NCBI GenBank assembly: GCA_030835925.1
Contig: JAURQW010000008.1
Coordinates: 1,732 to 65,731, forward strand
Source: Gammaproteobacteria bacterium
Lineage (GTDB): Bacteria > Pseudomonadota > Gammaproteobacteria > GCA-002705445 > GCA-002716945
Reading direction: 5' to 3'
DNA: 64,000 nucleotides
Each line of letters begins with the position of its first letter. Position 1 is the first letter of the stretch. The notes below the pieces were generated by a model. It had not been told where the DNA came from, did not search any database, and saw nothing but the letters and a program-made list of their open reading frames with translations. This document shows positions 9,996-20,255 of the stretch, piece after piece. The translations under genes and the position numbers were made by a program.

Positions 9996-11059
9996 TGTAT
10001 TATTATATTTTTAAAAGATTATTTTTGATGATCCCAACATTATTAGGTGTACTTCTTCTGACATTTGCTGTTGTTCAATTTGTTCCTGGAGGACCAGTTG
10101 AGCAATTAGCCAATCAGCTGACTGACATCAATGTCTCTGGAGAGGCATCTTCTGGCAATAAAAATATATATAGAGGCTCAAGTGGTCTGAGTGAGGAGCA
10201 TCTTGATGATCTAAAGTCATTTTATGGATTTGATAAACCTCCTATGGAGAGATTTATGAATCTCGTAATAAATTATATTTCTTTTGACCTAGGAGATAGT
10301 TATTTCCATCATAAGACTGTAGCAGATTTAATCATATCGAAACTTCCTGTATCTATAAGTTTAGGATTATGGACTTTTATTATTATATACTCCATTTGCA
10401 TACCACTTGGAATCAAGAAAGCAATATCACATGGTTCAAAATTTGATCTTGTTTCAAGTACTCTAATTTTGATTGGGTACTCAATTCCTGGTTTTGTGCT
10501 TGGCATAAGCCTCATAGTATTATTAGGAGGAGGGAGCTTTTATGATGTCTTTCCTACCAGAGGTATAGTCTCTGATAATTGGAATCAATTATCTTTTTTC
10601 GCAAAAATATTAGATTATCTATGGCATATGACGCTACCTATTATTTCTTCTGTTATTGGTAGTTTCGCAATTATGACTATGTTAACAAAAAATAGTTTCA
10701 TAGAAGAAATAAATAAACAGTACGTCATGACTGCAAAGGCTAAAGGGTTATCAAATAATGAAGTTCTCTATAAACATATTTTTAAAAATGCTCTAATTCC
10801 GATACTAACCGGATTCCCTGCACAGTTTATCGCATCATTTTTCACTGGAAGCATCTTAATTGAAACAATATTCTCTTTGGATGGTATTGGTCTTTTATCT
10901 TATGAATCTATTCTTCATAGAGACTATCCAGTAGTTCTTGGAACGCTTTTTCTATTTACCCTGCTTGGCTTATTCGCAAAACTAATAACAGATATTTGCT
11001 ACTTGTTTGTAGACCCAAGAATAAAATTTGACTCTGTTGATAGTGGAAAAAATTCATGA
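9995..11059 (+). CDS. yejB: ABC transporter permease (YejB-like)
   Basis: 354 aa, multi-TM. BPD-transporter EAA-type region (KAKGLSNNEVLYKHIFKNALIP). Start overlaps the yejA stop by 1 nt. Confidence 0.82.
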   Translation: MYYYIFKRLFLMIPTLLGVLLLTFAVVQFVPGGPVEQLANQLTDINVSGEASSGNKNIYRGSSGLSEEHLDDLKSFYGFDKPPMERFMNLVINYISFDLGDSYFHHKTVADLIISKLPVSISLGLWTFIIIYSICIPLGIKKAISHGSKFDLVSSTLILIGYSIPGFVLGISLIVLLGGGSFYDVFPTRGIVSDNWNQLSFFAKILDYLWHMTLPIISSVIGSFAIMTMLTKNSFIEEINKQYVMTAKAKGLSNNEVLYKHIFKNALIPILTGFPAQFIASFFTGSILIETIFSLDGIGLLSYESILHRDYPVVLGTLFLFTLLGLFAKLITDICYLFVDPRIKFDSVDSGKNS

Positions 11060-12069
11060 ATATTCAATCCAACTTTTGGGATAAATTTTCGACTAATAAA
11101 CGCAATAAGTATAGCTTGTTAATATTTATATTCTTTTTTGTCTTGAGTTTATTTGCAGAGATTTTAAGTAACGATAAACCTATAGTTCTTAGTATCGATG
11201 ACAAGCTATATTTTCCGATTTTTGTTTCATATACTGATAAGCAATTTGGAGGGTTCTTTGATACTGAGGCTGACTATAAAGACGAATTTATTACATCAAG
11301 GTTAAAAGAAAAATCTAATTGGGCTATTTTTCCTTTAAACCCACATTCATATGACTCCATAAACATTAGTCAATCTGCCCCAAATCCTGCTAGACCCTCT
11401 GTTTATAATTATCTTGGCACAGATGATCGCGGCAGAGATGTTTTAGCAAGGTTAATTTATGGCTTTAGACTATCGGTTCTATTTGCATTTGCCCTAACAG
11501 CAATAGGTATCATTATTGGAATATTTTTTGGTGCTATTCAGGGTTATTTTGCTGGCAGGGTAGATTTATACATGCAAAGATTTATTGAGATCTGGAGTTC
11601 AATGCCAGAATTATATATTTTAATTATATTCTCATCCTTATTTGAGCCAAGTATTTCTTTGTTGATAATTCTCTTGTCATTATTTGGCTGGATGGGTTTA
11701 TCGGATTATGTGAGAGCAGAATTTTTAAAAGGAAGAAATATGGAGTATGTTGTTGCAGCAAGAACACTAGGATTATCTAATACGAAAATTATATTAAAAC
11801 ATATATTACCGAATAGCATGGTTTCAGTAATCACGTTCCTACCCTTTAGGATAAGTGGCGCAATTCTTGTGCTTACATCTCTAGATTTTTTAGGTCTTGG
11901 CGTACCTCCTGATACGCCTAGTCTTGGTGAATTATTAGCTCAAGGCAAAGAGAACATAGAGGCATGGTGGCTTTCATTGACAACCTTCCTGGTCTTAGTT
12001 GGGACATTGTTATTATTAATATTTATTGGAGAGGGTATTCGTGAATCACTAGACTCAAGATCATCATGA
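11056..12069 (+). CDS. yejE: ABC transporter permease (YejE-like)
   Basis: 337 aa. LGTDDRGRDVLARLIYG motif typical of DppC/OppC/YejE permeases. ARTLGLSNTKIILKHILPN. 4-nt overlap with yejB. Confidence 0.82.
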   Translation: MNIQSNFWDKFSTNKRNKYSLLIFIFFFVLSLFAEILSNDKPIVLSIDDKLYFPIFVSYTDKQFGGFFDTEADYKDEFITSRLKEKSNWAIFPLNPHSYDSINISQSAPNPARPSVYNYLGTDDRGRDVLARLIYGFRLSVLFAFALTAIGIIIGIFFGAIQGYFAGRVDLYMQRFIEIWSSMPELYILIIFSSLFEPSISLLIILLSLFGWMGLSDYVRAEFLKGRNMEYVVAARTLGLSNTKIILKHILPNSMVSVITFLPFRISGAILVLTSLDFLGLGVPPDTPSLGELLAQGKENIEAWWLSLTTFLVLVGTLLLLIFIGEGIRESLDSRSS

Positions 12070-13646
12070 AGATACTAGAAGTTAAAAATTTAACGGTGCT
12101 TAATAGACATACGAAAGAGGTGTTATTAGATAATATAAGTTTTAAATTGAACCAAGGTGAAATTCTTGGGATTGTAGGTGAATCAGGATCAGGTAAAACA
12201 TTAACAGGATTATCAGTATTAGGGCTTCTTGATAAATCTGTATTTAATATTAAACATGGTTCGATCATATATAATAATATTGATATCCTAAAACTATCAG
12301 ATACTGAACTTCAAAAAATTCGAACAAGATCTATATCAGTGGTGTTTCAAGAACCAATGCTTTCTTTAAATCCTGTACAAAAGATTTCTACACAACTTAT
12401 TGAAGTAATTAAACTTCATATGAACCATAATGCTGATGAACAAATAAAAGTTGCTAGAGATATATTAGTCAAAACTGGCCTAAATGATACTCAGAAAATT
12501 TTAGATAGCTACCCCCATATGCTCTCGGGCGGGCAAAGGCAGCGAATAATGATTGCTATTGCATTAGTATGTAAACCAGAGATTTTGATAGCAGATGAAC
12601 CTACTACTGCTCTTGATGTAACTTTGCAGCTTCAAATATTAGAGTTGTTAAAAAATGTTAGAACAGAAAATAATATGTCAATGTTATTAATATCACATGA
12701 TCTAGATCTAATTAAGAATTATGCAGATAGAGTAATTATTTTAAAAAATGGAGTTTTACTAGAGGAGGGCTCATCTTTTGAAATATTTAATATGCCTAAT
12801 CATGAGTACACGAGGCTGCTTATAGATAGCAGTCCTGAAAAACTGATTACTGAGAAAAAACAATCAGAGATGTTGCTTGATATTCAAAATCTAAATTGTA
12901 GGTTTCCTGTCAATAATGCTTTTTTTAAAAAAAATAAAAAGTATTTTACAGCATTAAGCGATATTAACTTTCATATTAATTCGGGTGAAACTATTGGATT
13001 GGTAGGTGAGTCTGGCTCGGGAAAGACTACTCTTGGTTTATCAATAATGCAGTTATTAGATTATTCTGGAAAAATATTTTTAAATAATGTCGATCTTTCA
13101 TTGCTATCTCCAGAAAAATTAAGAGAATCAAGGAAAGATTATCAAATTGTTTTTCAGGACCCATACTCCTCCTTGTCGCCTCGGATGAATATACTTGAAA
13201 TACTTTCAGAGGGTATTCTCTCATTTAATAATATTAGTGAGTCAAAAATATTCAAAAAATGTTCAGATCTCATGACGGAGGTTGGCTTAGAACCATCTAT
13301 GCTGCGAAGGTATCCTCATCAATTCTCAGGGGGTCAAAGACAAAGAATTGCCATTGCTCGAGCTCTCTCGATGAAACCTAAACTTATAATATTCGATGAA
13401 CCTACAAGCGCTTTAGATGTAATTGTTCAAAAAAATATATTAAATCTAATTGTAGATTTACAGCATAAATATGGTCTTAGTTATTGTTTTATCAGTCATG
13501 ACTTAAAAGTTATCAGCGCGATATCTCATAGAATCTATGTAATAAAAGATTCAAAAATTATCGAAAGCAACATTAGTGATGAGTTGATATCAAATCCTAA
13601 GGACAATTATACGAAGAAATTAATACAATCCTCCTTTATTTCTTAG
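12066..13646 (+). CDS. yejF: ABC transporter ATPase with two fused ATP-binding cassettes (YejF-like)
   Basis: 526 aa. Two Walker A motifs (GESGSGKT twice). Two signature motifs (LSGGQRQR, FSGGQRQR). Two Walker B motifs (IADEPTTALD, IFDEPTSALD). Confidence 0.88.
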   Translation: MKILEVKNLTVLNRHTKEVLLDNISFKLNQGEILGIVGESGSGKTLTGLSVLGLLDKSVFNIKHGSIIYNNIDILKLSDTELQKIRTRSISVVFQEPMLSLNPVQKISTQLIEVIKLHMNHNADEQIKVARDILVKTGLNDTQKILDSYPHMLSGGQRQRIMIAIALVCKPEILIADEPTTALDVTLQLQILELLKNVRTENNMSMLLISHDLDLIKNYADRVIILKNGVLLEEGSSFEIFNMPNHEYTRLLIDSSPEKLITEKKQSEMLLDIQNLNCRFPVNNAFFKKNKKYFTALSDINFHINSGETIGLVGESGSGKTTLGLSIMQLLDYSGKIFLNNVDLSLLSPEKLRESRKDYQIVFQDPYSSLSPRMNILEILSEGILSFNNISESKIFKKCSDLMTEVGLEPSMLRRYPHQFSGGQRQRIAIARALSMKPKLIIFDEPTSALDVIVQKNILNLIVDLQHKYGLSYCFISHDLKVISAISHRIYVIKDSKIIESNISDELISNPKDNYTKKLIQSSFIS

Positions 13647-14775
13647 CAAGTAATTTATTAAGTATAGAAATATATACTTTGGTGACATCATCTAAAGCTG
13701 AACTTGTAGTATGTTCATTAATTTTATGGATTGACTCATTTATTAAACCAAATTCTATAACTTGATCGCATATTTTAGCCATAAATCTACCGTCTGATGT
13801 TCCTCCATCTGTAGATATTTCAGCAGTAACCCCAAGTTCTTCTTCTATTGCTAATGCACATGCATTAAGCAAATCTTTTTTCTCGGTCAAAAAGGGATCA
13901 CCAGAATGAGACCAATTGACAGCATAATTAAGTCCACTTTGCTGCATAATTTTTTCAAACTTATTTTGTAATTCATCTTTTGTCGTCTCAGTGGAATATC
14001 TGAAATTAAAATCCATACTCAATTCACCTGGGATAATATTAGTTGCGCCTACACCACTATTAATATTTGATATTTGAAAAGATGTGGGTGGAAAATATTC
14101 ATTTCCTTGATCATATTTTTCGGACACGAGTTTATCCAATGTAGATGAAAACGCATGTATTGGGTTTTCAGCATTTTGCGGATAAGCGATATGACCTTGG
14201 ATGCCCTGAATTCTCAACGCTCCTGACAATGAACCCCTCCTACCATTTTTTATGGTATCTCCGATATTTTTTTTACATGATGGTTCACCGACTATACACA
14301 TATCTATGTCATATTTCGAAAGATCACCAGACTCAACAAGTTTTTTGATACCATTCACCGCAGGACCTTCTTCATCACTTGTCAGTACTATCACTATACT
14401 GCCAATAATATTCTGGTTATGCTTCAAAAAATCCTCTATAGAGTGTAACATGCAAGCAATACCACCTTTCATGTCAGAGGTTCCTCTTCCATATAATTTG
14501 GAGTCTTTTTCTGTGAGCTTAAATGGGTCTGAATGCCATTTTTCAATATCACCAGTTGGAACTACATCAGTATGCCCTACGTAAGCTAGAACAGGTCTTT
14601 GAGAACCATATCGTGCAATTAGATTAGTTACATCCCCATATTTTTTGAATTCTATTTCAAAACCTAGGTCTTTTAAGAAATTTGATATATATTCTTGGCA
14701 TTTATCATCAAATGGAGTCAAAGATTTACAGCTTATGAGTTTATCTAGAATATTTATTACATTATTATATTTCAT
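13636..14775 (-). CDS. dapE: succinyl-diaminopimelate desuccinylase (M20 peptidase)
   Basis: 379 aa. YVGHTDVVP, GRGTSDMKGG and TSDEEG metal-ligand motifs. Length and N-terminus are typical of DapE. Confidence 0.88.
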   Translation of the reverse strand: MKYNNVINILDKLISCKSLTPFDDKCQEYISNFLKDLGFEIEFKKYGDVTNLIARYGSQRPVLAYVGHTDVVPTGDIEKWHSDPFKLTEKDSKLYGRGTSDMKGGIACMLHSIEDFLKHNQNIIGSIVIVLTSDEEGPAVNGIKKLVESGDLSKYDIDMCIVGEPSCKKNIGDTIKNGRRGSLSGALRIQGIQGHIAYPQNAENPIHAFSSTLDKLVSEKYDQGNEYFPPTSFQISNINSGVGATNIIPGELSMDFNFRYSTETTKDELQNKFEKIMQQSGLNYAVNWSHSGDPFLTEKKDLLNACALAIEEELGVTAEISTDGGTSDGRFMAKICDQVIEFGLINESIHKINEHTTSSALDDVTKVYISILNKLLAKK

Positions 14776-14780
14776 TTTAT

Positions 14781-15551
14781 TTATATTCCAGTCTCTTCAT
14801 GTCTAATTGTTAGAACTTCATATCCATTATTAGTGACTAGTACGGTATGTTCCCATTGTGCTGACAACGAGTGATCTTGAGTAACAACAGTCCATCCATC
14901 ATTTAATAGTTTTGTTTTATACTTTCCACTATTTATCATAGGCTCTATCGTGAATGTCATACCTTCTTGTAATCTAATACCTGTATTCTTAATACCATAA
15001 TGTAATATCTGAGGAGATTCATGAAAATTTCTTCCAATGCCATGACCACAATAATCTCGAACTACGCTAAAGTTATTATTATGAGCATGCTCTTGTATCA
15101 CTGCACCAATATCTCCAATATGTAGACCTGGCTTAACTATTTCAATTCCTTTGTACATGCATTCCTGTGTCACTTTACACAATCTCTCTGATAGTATTGA
15201 GGGTTCACCTACAAAATACATCTTACTTGTATCACCATGAAAACCCTCTTTAATAACAGTTACATCTATATTGATTATATCACCATTTTTTAATATTTTT
15301 GTCGAAGCTGGAATACCATGACAAACTTGATGGTTTACAGAAGTACATATAGATTTTGGAAAACCCCTATAATTTAAAGGGGCTGGGATCGCTTTTTGAT
15401 TATTGACAATGAAGTCATGACATATTTGATCTAATTCCTCTGTAGAAACCCCTGGTTTTACGTAAGGCCCAATCATTGATAGAACATCTGAGGCTAACTT
15501 TCCAGCAACCCTCATTTTCGCAATATCTGATTCTGATTTAATATCAACCAT
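14781..15551 (-). CDS. map: type I methionine aminopeptidase
   Basis: 256 aa. VCHGIP, DIINIDVT, GHGIGRNFHE, FTIEPM and WEHTVLVT metal-ligand contexts. Divergent from rpsB as in E. coli and Pseudomonas. Confidence 0.96.
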   Translation of the reverse strand: MVDIKSESDIAKMRVAGKLASDVLSMIGPYVKPGVSTEELDQICHDFIVNNQKAIPAPLNYRGFPKSICTSVNHQVCHGIPASTKILKNGDIINIDVTVIKEGFHGDTSKMYFVGEPSILSERLCKVTQECMYKGIEIVKPGLHIGDIGAVIQEHAHNNNFSVVRDYCGHGIGRNFHESPQILHYGIKNTGIRLQEGMTFTIEPMINSGKYKTKLLNDGWTVVTQDHSLSAQWEHTVLVTNNGYEVLTIRHEETGI

Positions 15552-15692
15552 AAAATTACCTATTTAGCACTTTTTAGGTCAAATTATCAGATTTTTATTG
15601 TTGAATCCATGTAAATATGATAAAAAACCCTATCAACAATATTTAATGTAAGTTGTATTGTTTTATTAACGATTTTAGGAGTATAACGGCTG

Positions 15693-16550
15693 GTGTCAAA
15701 TATATCTATTAAAGAGATGATTAATGCAGGCGTACATTTTGGTCATCAATCTAAATATTGGAACCCAAAAATGCGTCCTTTCATTTATACCACTTTCAAA
15801 AAATTACATATCATCAATCTTGAGAAAAGTATCATGCATTTTAACAATGCTAAAAACTTTATTGAGAAAATCACAAAAAACAATTCCAAAATATTATTTG
15901 TTGGAACAAAAAGAGCTGCTAGAGACATAGTGTCTAAATATGCTACTGAAGCAAAAATGCCATATGTGAATATTAGATGGTTAGGCGGAATGTTAACTAA
16001 TTTTGATACAGTTAAAAAATCAATACAAAAACTTGATAATTTAAACTCCCAGCTTAATACCGCTCTTATTGATGGCTTGACTAAAAAAGAGTCATTAGTA
16101 ATAAAAAAACAAATAGCCAAACTTGAAAAAAATTTATCAGGAATTAAACACTTAGAAAAAACACCAGATGCATTATTCGTAATTGATACAAGATATGAAA
16201 AAATAGCTATTCAAGAGGCTAATAAATTAAACATACCTGTAATAGCAATAGTTGATAGTAATAATTCTTTTGAGGGAGTAGATTACATGATTCCAGGTAA
16301 TGATGACTCGATGTCTTCCATTGAATTATTTGTAAAAGAAATTACTGAAATTATTGTTAATACAAAAAGTAAATTCGTTAAAGCTGTTCCATCAACACCA
16401 CTAAAAGAAACAAAAAATAAATCGAACTCTTCGGTTACAAAAACAAAAAGTATTAAGAAAAAGCAAATAGTGGATACTGATGATACTTCAACAAAGCCTG
16501 ATGAAGTTGGCGTTCCATCTAGAGCAACAGAAGACATAAAAGAGGATTAA
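15693..16550 (+). CDS. rpsB: 30S ribosomal protein S2, with a K/S/T-rich C-terminal extension
   Basis: GTG start at 15693. SIKEMINAGVHFGHQSKYWNPKM aligns with the E. coli S2 N-terminus. 285 aa versus about 241 aa for E. coli from memory; the extra residues form a low-complexity tail. Confidence 0.95.
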   Translation: MSNISIKEMINAGVHFGHQSKYWNPKMRPFIYTTFKKLHIINLEKSIMHFNNAKNFIEKITKNNSKILFVGTKRAARDIVSKYATEAKMPYVNIRWLGGMLTNFDTVKKSIQKLDNLNSQLNTALIDGLTKKESLVIKKQIAKLEKNLSGIKHLEKTPDALFVIDTRYEKIAIQEANKLNIPVIAIVDSNNSFEGVDYMIPGNDDSMSSIELFVKEITEIIVNTKSKFVKAVPSTPLKETKNKSNSSVTKTKSIKKKQIVDTDDTSTKPDEVGVPSRATEDIKED

Positions 16551-17417
16551 ATGGCATCAGAATTAGAGGATCTTAAAAAATTAAGAGACATAACAGGCGC
16601 AGGCATATTAGATTGTAAAAAATATCTCGTGAGAGCATCTAATAATCTTGATGACGCTGTTAAGTTAATGCGTTCCGAAGAGGGCATAAAAGCTGATAAG
16701 AAATCATCCCGTATAGCAGCTGAAGGTGTAGTATTCTATTATTCTACAGATGAAGTTGCATTATTATTAGAAATAAATTCTGAAACAGACTTCGTAGCAA
16801 AAAGTGATGACTTTATTAATTATGTTAAGCAGACAGCGAATATGATTTCTAAGTCTACGTTTGTCGATTATGATCAATTAATGTCATCAGACAATGAAAC
16901 ATTGAAGAATGATCTTGAGGAAATGAGAAAGAATTATGTCACGAAACTTGGTGAAAATATTCAAATTAGAAGGTTCAAACTATTTGATAAAAAAGCTAAT
17001 TCAGTGATTGGTTATACTCATAACAATAAAATAGGTGCGTTGGTTGTACTGAAAAATCCCGATGAGCAGTTATCAAAAGATATATGTATGCAAATTGTTG
17101 CATCTAATCCTTTAGGTTTGGATGAATCATCAATAGACCCCAAGGTTTTGGCTAGTGAGAAAGAAGTTTATATGGCTGAATTAGAAAAAATTAATAAAAA
17201 AGATGATATTAAAAGAAATATTATGGAAGGAAAAGTTAAAAAATTTATCTCTGAGAATACTCTGCTAAATCAACCATTCATCAAGGATTCATCTCTAACT
17301 CTCAAAAAAATAATAAAAGATAATGAGATACTACATTATACGAGATATGAGTTAGGCGAAGGTATCGACAAAAAGAAAGAAGATTTCGCTGAAGAAGTCT
17401 ATAATCAAATTAAATAA
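16551..17417 (+). CDS. tsf: translation elongation factor Ts
   Basis: LKKLRDITGAGILDCKKYL UBA-like N-terminus. EINSETDFVAKSDDF. ATG directly abuts the rpsB TAA. Confidence 0.95.
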   Translation: MASELEDLKKLRDITGAGILDCKKYLVRASNNLDDAVKLMRSEEGIKADKKSSRIAAEGVVFYYSTDEVALLLEINSETDFVAKSDDFINYVKQTANMISKSTFVDYDQLMSSDNETLKNDLEEMRKNYVTKLGENIQIRRFKLFDKKANSVIGYTHNNKIGALVVLKNPDEQLSKDICMQIVASNPLGLDESSIDPKVLASEKEVYMAELEKINKKDDIKRNIMEGKVKKFISENTLLNQPFIKDSSLTLKKIIKDNEILHYTRYELGEGIDKKKEDFAEEVYNQIK

Positions 17418-17418
17418 A

Positions 17419-18132
17419 ATGTCAGCCCCAGTATATAAAAGGGTTCTTCTAAAGCTTAGTGGGGAAGCATTAGTAGGCGCTAAAGAGTATGGTATTGATG
17501 ATTCTTTCATATCTGATCTAGCTAAACAGCTAGTAGAAATCCATAAAAAAAATGTTGAACTAATTATTGTGATTGGTGGTGGTAATTTTTTTAGAGGGTC
17601 TGATTTAGAAAAACTAGGTATACAACGAGTTACAGCTGATCATATGGGTATGCTTGCCACTGTAATTAATTCTCTAGCTTTACAAAGTTCCATAGAAAAA
17701 CTTAACACTGAGTGCCGAGTAATGTCTTCGATTACAATTGATGCTGTATGCGAAAAATATATTAAAAGAAAAGCTGAAAGACATTTAGAGAAAAATAGAA
17801 TAATTGTTTTAGCAGCTGGTACTGGTAATCCGTTTTTTACAACAGACTCTGCCGCAAGTTTAAGAGCTATTGAACTTGGGGCTGAAATTATGATGAAGGG
17901 TACCAAAGTAGACGGAATATTTAACAAAGACCCAGTTAAATTTAGTGATGCAAAATTATATAAAGAAATATCATATGATGAAATTATTAGCAAGAACCTT
18001 GCCGTAATGGATGCAACTGCAGTTGTTATGTGCCAAGAAAATAATATGCCATTAAAGGTGTTTAATATTCTTAAAAATGGTAACTTAAAAAATGTTATTT
18101 TAGATGATAAGATAGGGACTAAGATTATATAA
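17419..18132 (+). CDS. pyrH: UMP kinase
   Basis: KRVLLKLSGEAL, VIGGGNFFRG, AAGTGNPFFTTDSAA. Confidence 0.96.
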   Translation: MSAPVYKRVLLKLSGEALVGAKEYGIDDSFISDLAKQLVEIHKKNVELIIVIGGGNFFRGSDLEKLGIQRVTADHMGMLATVINSLALQSSIEKLNTECRVMSSITIDAVCEKYIKRKAERHLEKNRIIVLAAGTGNPFFTTDSAASLRAIELGAEIMMKGTKVDGIFNKDPVKFSDAKLYKEISYDEIISKNLAVMDATAVVMCQENNMPLKVFNILKNGNLKNVILDDKIGTKII

Positions 18133-18134
18133 AT

Positions 18135-18692
18135 ATGTTTGAAGAGATTAAAAAAGAAGCAAATCAAAGCATGGGTAAAGCAATAGAATCGCTCAATACC
18201 GCTTGCTCTAAAATTAGAGCTGGCAGACCAAATCCAAGTATGCTTGATCATATAGATGCAGATTATTTTGATACCAAGACACCCCTGAAGCAACTAGCTA
18301 ACATAACAGTAACAGACGCTGCTACTATAAGCTTAAATGTATGGGACAAGTCAGCTATACAGGCAATTGAAAAAGCTATTATGACATCTGATTTGGGGTT
18401 ATCACCTGTAATTAATGGTATGAATATACATATTAAAATACCTCCATTAACACAAGAAAGAAGAAATGATTTAATCAAAGTCTTGAAAAAAGAAGGTGAG
18501 AACACCAAGATCTCTTTAAGGAATATACGAAGAAATATAAATACATCAATAAGTAATTTAGAAAAAGATAAAAAAATATCCAAAGATTTTGAACGTGATT
18601 ACATGATAGAAATTCAAGAACTAACAGATAAATATATTAAAATATCAGAAGAAACTATTGTTAAAAAGATAGCAGAAATCAGCGAAGTATAA
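18135..18692 (+). CDS. frr: ribosome recycling factor
   Basis: 185 aa. IRAGRPNPSMLD, PPLTQERRNDLIK, RNIRR. Confidence 0.96.
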   Translation: MFEEIKKEANQSMGKAIESLNTACSKIRAGRPNPSMLDHIDADYFDTKTPLKQLANITVTDAATISLNVWDKSAIQAIEKAIMTSDLGLSPVINGMNIHIKIPPLTQERRNDLIKVLKKEGENTKISLRNIRRNINTSISNLEKDKKISKDFERDYMIEIQELTDKYIKISEETIVKKIAEISEV

Positions 18693-18694
18693 AA

Positions 18695-19426
18695 ATGTCT
18701 TCAAGCAAAATATCCCATATATCTATAATTATGGACGGCAATGGAAGATGGGCTAAGAAAACTGGAATGCCTAGAGCATTTGGCCATCGAGAAGGAATAA
18801 AATCTATCAACAAAATAGTATCAGCATGCTCTGTGAGGCAAATTGAAGAGTTGACATTATTTGCTTTCAGTAGTGAAAATTGGAAAAGACCAAATCATGA
18901 AGTAAAATTTTTATTATCTCTTTTTGAAGAATCTATTCAAAAATATGTTGATGATCTACATAATAATAACGTGAAAGTCAATTTTATAGGTGATATGAGT
19001 AAATTTAACAATCGTCTTTTAAAAAATATTAACGATGCTGAAAAGCTTACTAAAGATAATACAAATTTAAAATTAAATTTTGCAATAAATTATGGAGGTA
19101 AATGGGATATTATTAATTCGTTCAATAAAATGTTGAAATCTAATCATGAATCTATACAAGAAAAGAACGTTAAAGAAAAGGATATCGAGGAATTTTTAGC
19201 CTTGAATGGATCATCGCCAGATTTATTGATTAGAACAGCTGGGCACTATAGATTGAGTAACTTTATGTTATGGCAGCATGCATACAGTGAGATCTATTTT
19301 ACTGATTGTTTATGGCCAGATTTTGATGAACAAGAGCTTGATTTGGCAATTAAATACTACTTAAAAACAACACGAAAGTTTGGATCTTTGGTGGATATAA
19401 ATCCATCTGTAAAAGAAGATGCTTAG
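18695..19426 (+). CDS. uppS: undecaprenyl diphosphate synthase
   Basis: IIMDGNGRWA, FAFSSENWKRP, RTAGHYRLSNFMLWQ. Confidence 0.95.
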   Translation: MSSSKISHISIIMDGNGRWAKKTGMPRAFGHREGIKSINKIVSACSVRQIEELTLFAFSSENWKRPNHEVKFLLSLFEESIQKYVDDLHNNNVKVNFIGDMSKFNNRLLKNINDAEKLTKDNTNLKLNFAINYGGKWDIINSFNKMLKSNHESIQEKNVKEKDIEEFLALNGSSPDLLIRTAGHYRLSNFMLWQHAYSEIYFTDCLWPDFDEQELDLAIKYYLKTTRKFGSLVDINPSVKEDA

Positions 19427-20255
19427 CAGGATATTTACAGGTCTTTCTCTTGGTTTATTCTTTATATTATTACTGATATTCACACCATTTTTTTATATTA
19501 GTATTATTTTTTCTTTAATATCACTCTATGGTTTTTATGAGTGGCTTAATGTCTCTAAAGAACCAATAGCCAGAAATATTTTTTTAATGGCCTTTTTAAT
19601 GATTCTTTTATTATTTTATCATACACACTCCACTGTAATTATTTTTGCATATCTTTCTCTATTTATATGGATTTTGCTACTTATAGATATGTATTTTGAA
19701 TCCCCATTTTATAAGAAGTTATTATCTCATGCTCCCTCATTGATAGGTCTATATATGATTATATCAGCATGGTTCATGATCATATCCATTGGGAGCACTT
19801 CATCAGTAGCTGTTGGCGAAAAAAATACATATTTAATGTTTTCTCTCTTCAATCCTGATATAAAAATTTATCTTATTTCTTTATTGGCACTTGTATCATT
19901 AACTGATATCTCAGGATACTTTATTGGTAAAAATTTTGGTGAGAAAAAATTATGCAAGAATATAAGTCCAAATAAAACCATAGCTGGTCTTTTTGGATCC
20001 ATTTTAATACCAGTATTATGTTTCATACTAATATGTAATTATATGCTGGCAATACCTCTTATGATCTCTGATTTATTATTTATTTTATTATTCTGTATAT
20101 TTTGCACTATCGGAGACTTATTTATCAGTACTTTCAAAAGATTCTATCATGTTAAAGATACTGGAGATATTTTACCTGGACATGGAGGTATTCTAGATCG
20201 ATTAGATAGTTACCTGCCAACAATATCAATTTTTCAAATTTGGTTATTTTTATGA
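19419..20255 (+). CDS. cdsA: phosphatidate cytidylyltransferase
   Basis: Multi-TM protein with the CDS signature STFKRFYHVKDTGDILPGHGGILDRLDS. Confidence 0.88.
   Translation: MLSRIFTGLSLGLFFILLLIFTPFFYISIIFSLISLYGFYEWLNVSKEPIARNIFLMAFLMILLLFYHTHSTVIIFAYLSLFIWILLLIDMYFESPFYKKLLSHAPSLIGLYMIISAWFMIISIGSTSSVAVGEKNTYLMFSLFNPDIKIYLISLLALVSLTDISGYFIGKNFGEKKLCKNISPNKTIAGLFGSILIPVLCFILICNYMLAIPLMISDLLFILLFCIFCTIGDLFISTFKRFYHVKDTGDILPGHGGILDRLDSYLPTISIFQIWLFL

Noticed and set aside
17640-18293. A 217-aa ORF on the minus strand, strikingly long for AT-rich DNA. Similar antisense ORFs occur at 1778-2260, 4403-4750, 14252-14584, 15785-16120, 38052-38423 and 63590-63877.
   Set aside because: All lie entirely antisense to well-supported conserved genes (pyrH/frr, clpX, lon, dapE, rpsB, pyrG, cysM). 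Their translations are low-complexity, hydrophobic or Ser/Ile/Leu-rich with no recognisable motifs. In this frame stops arise only from particular sense codon pairs. I treat them as shadow ORFs.
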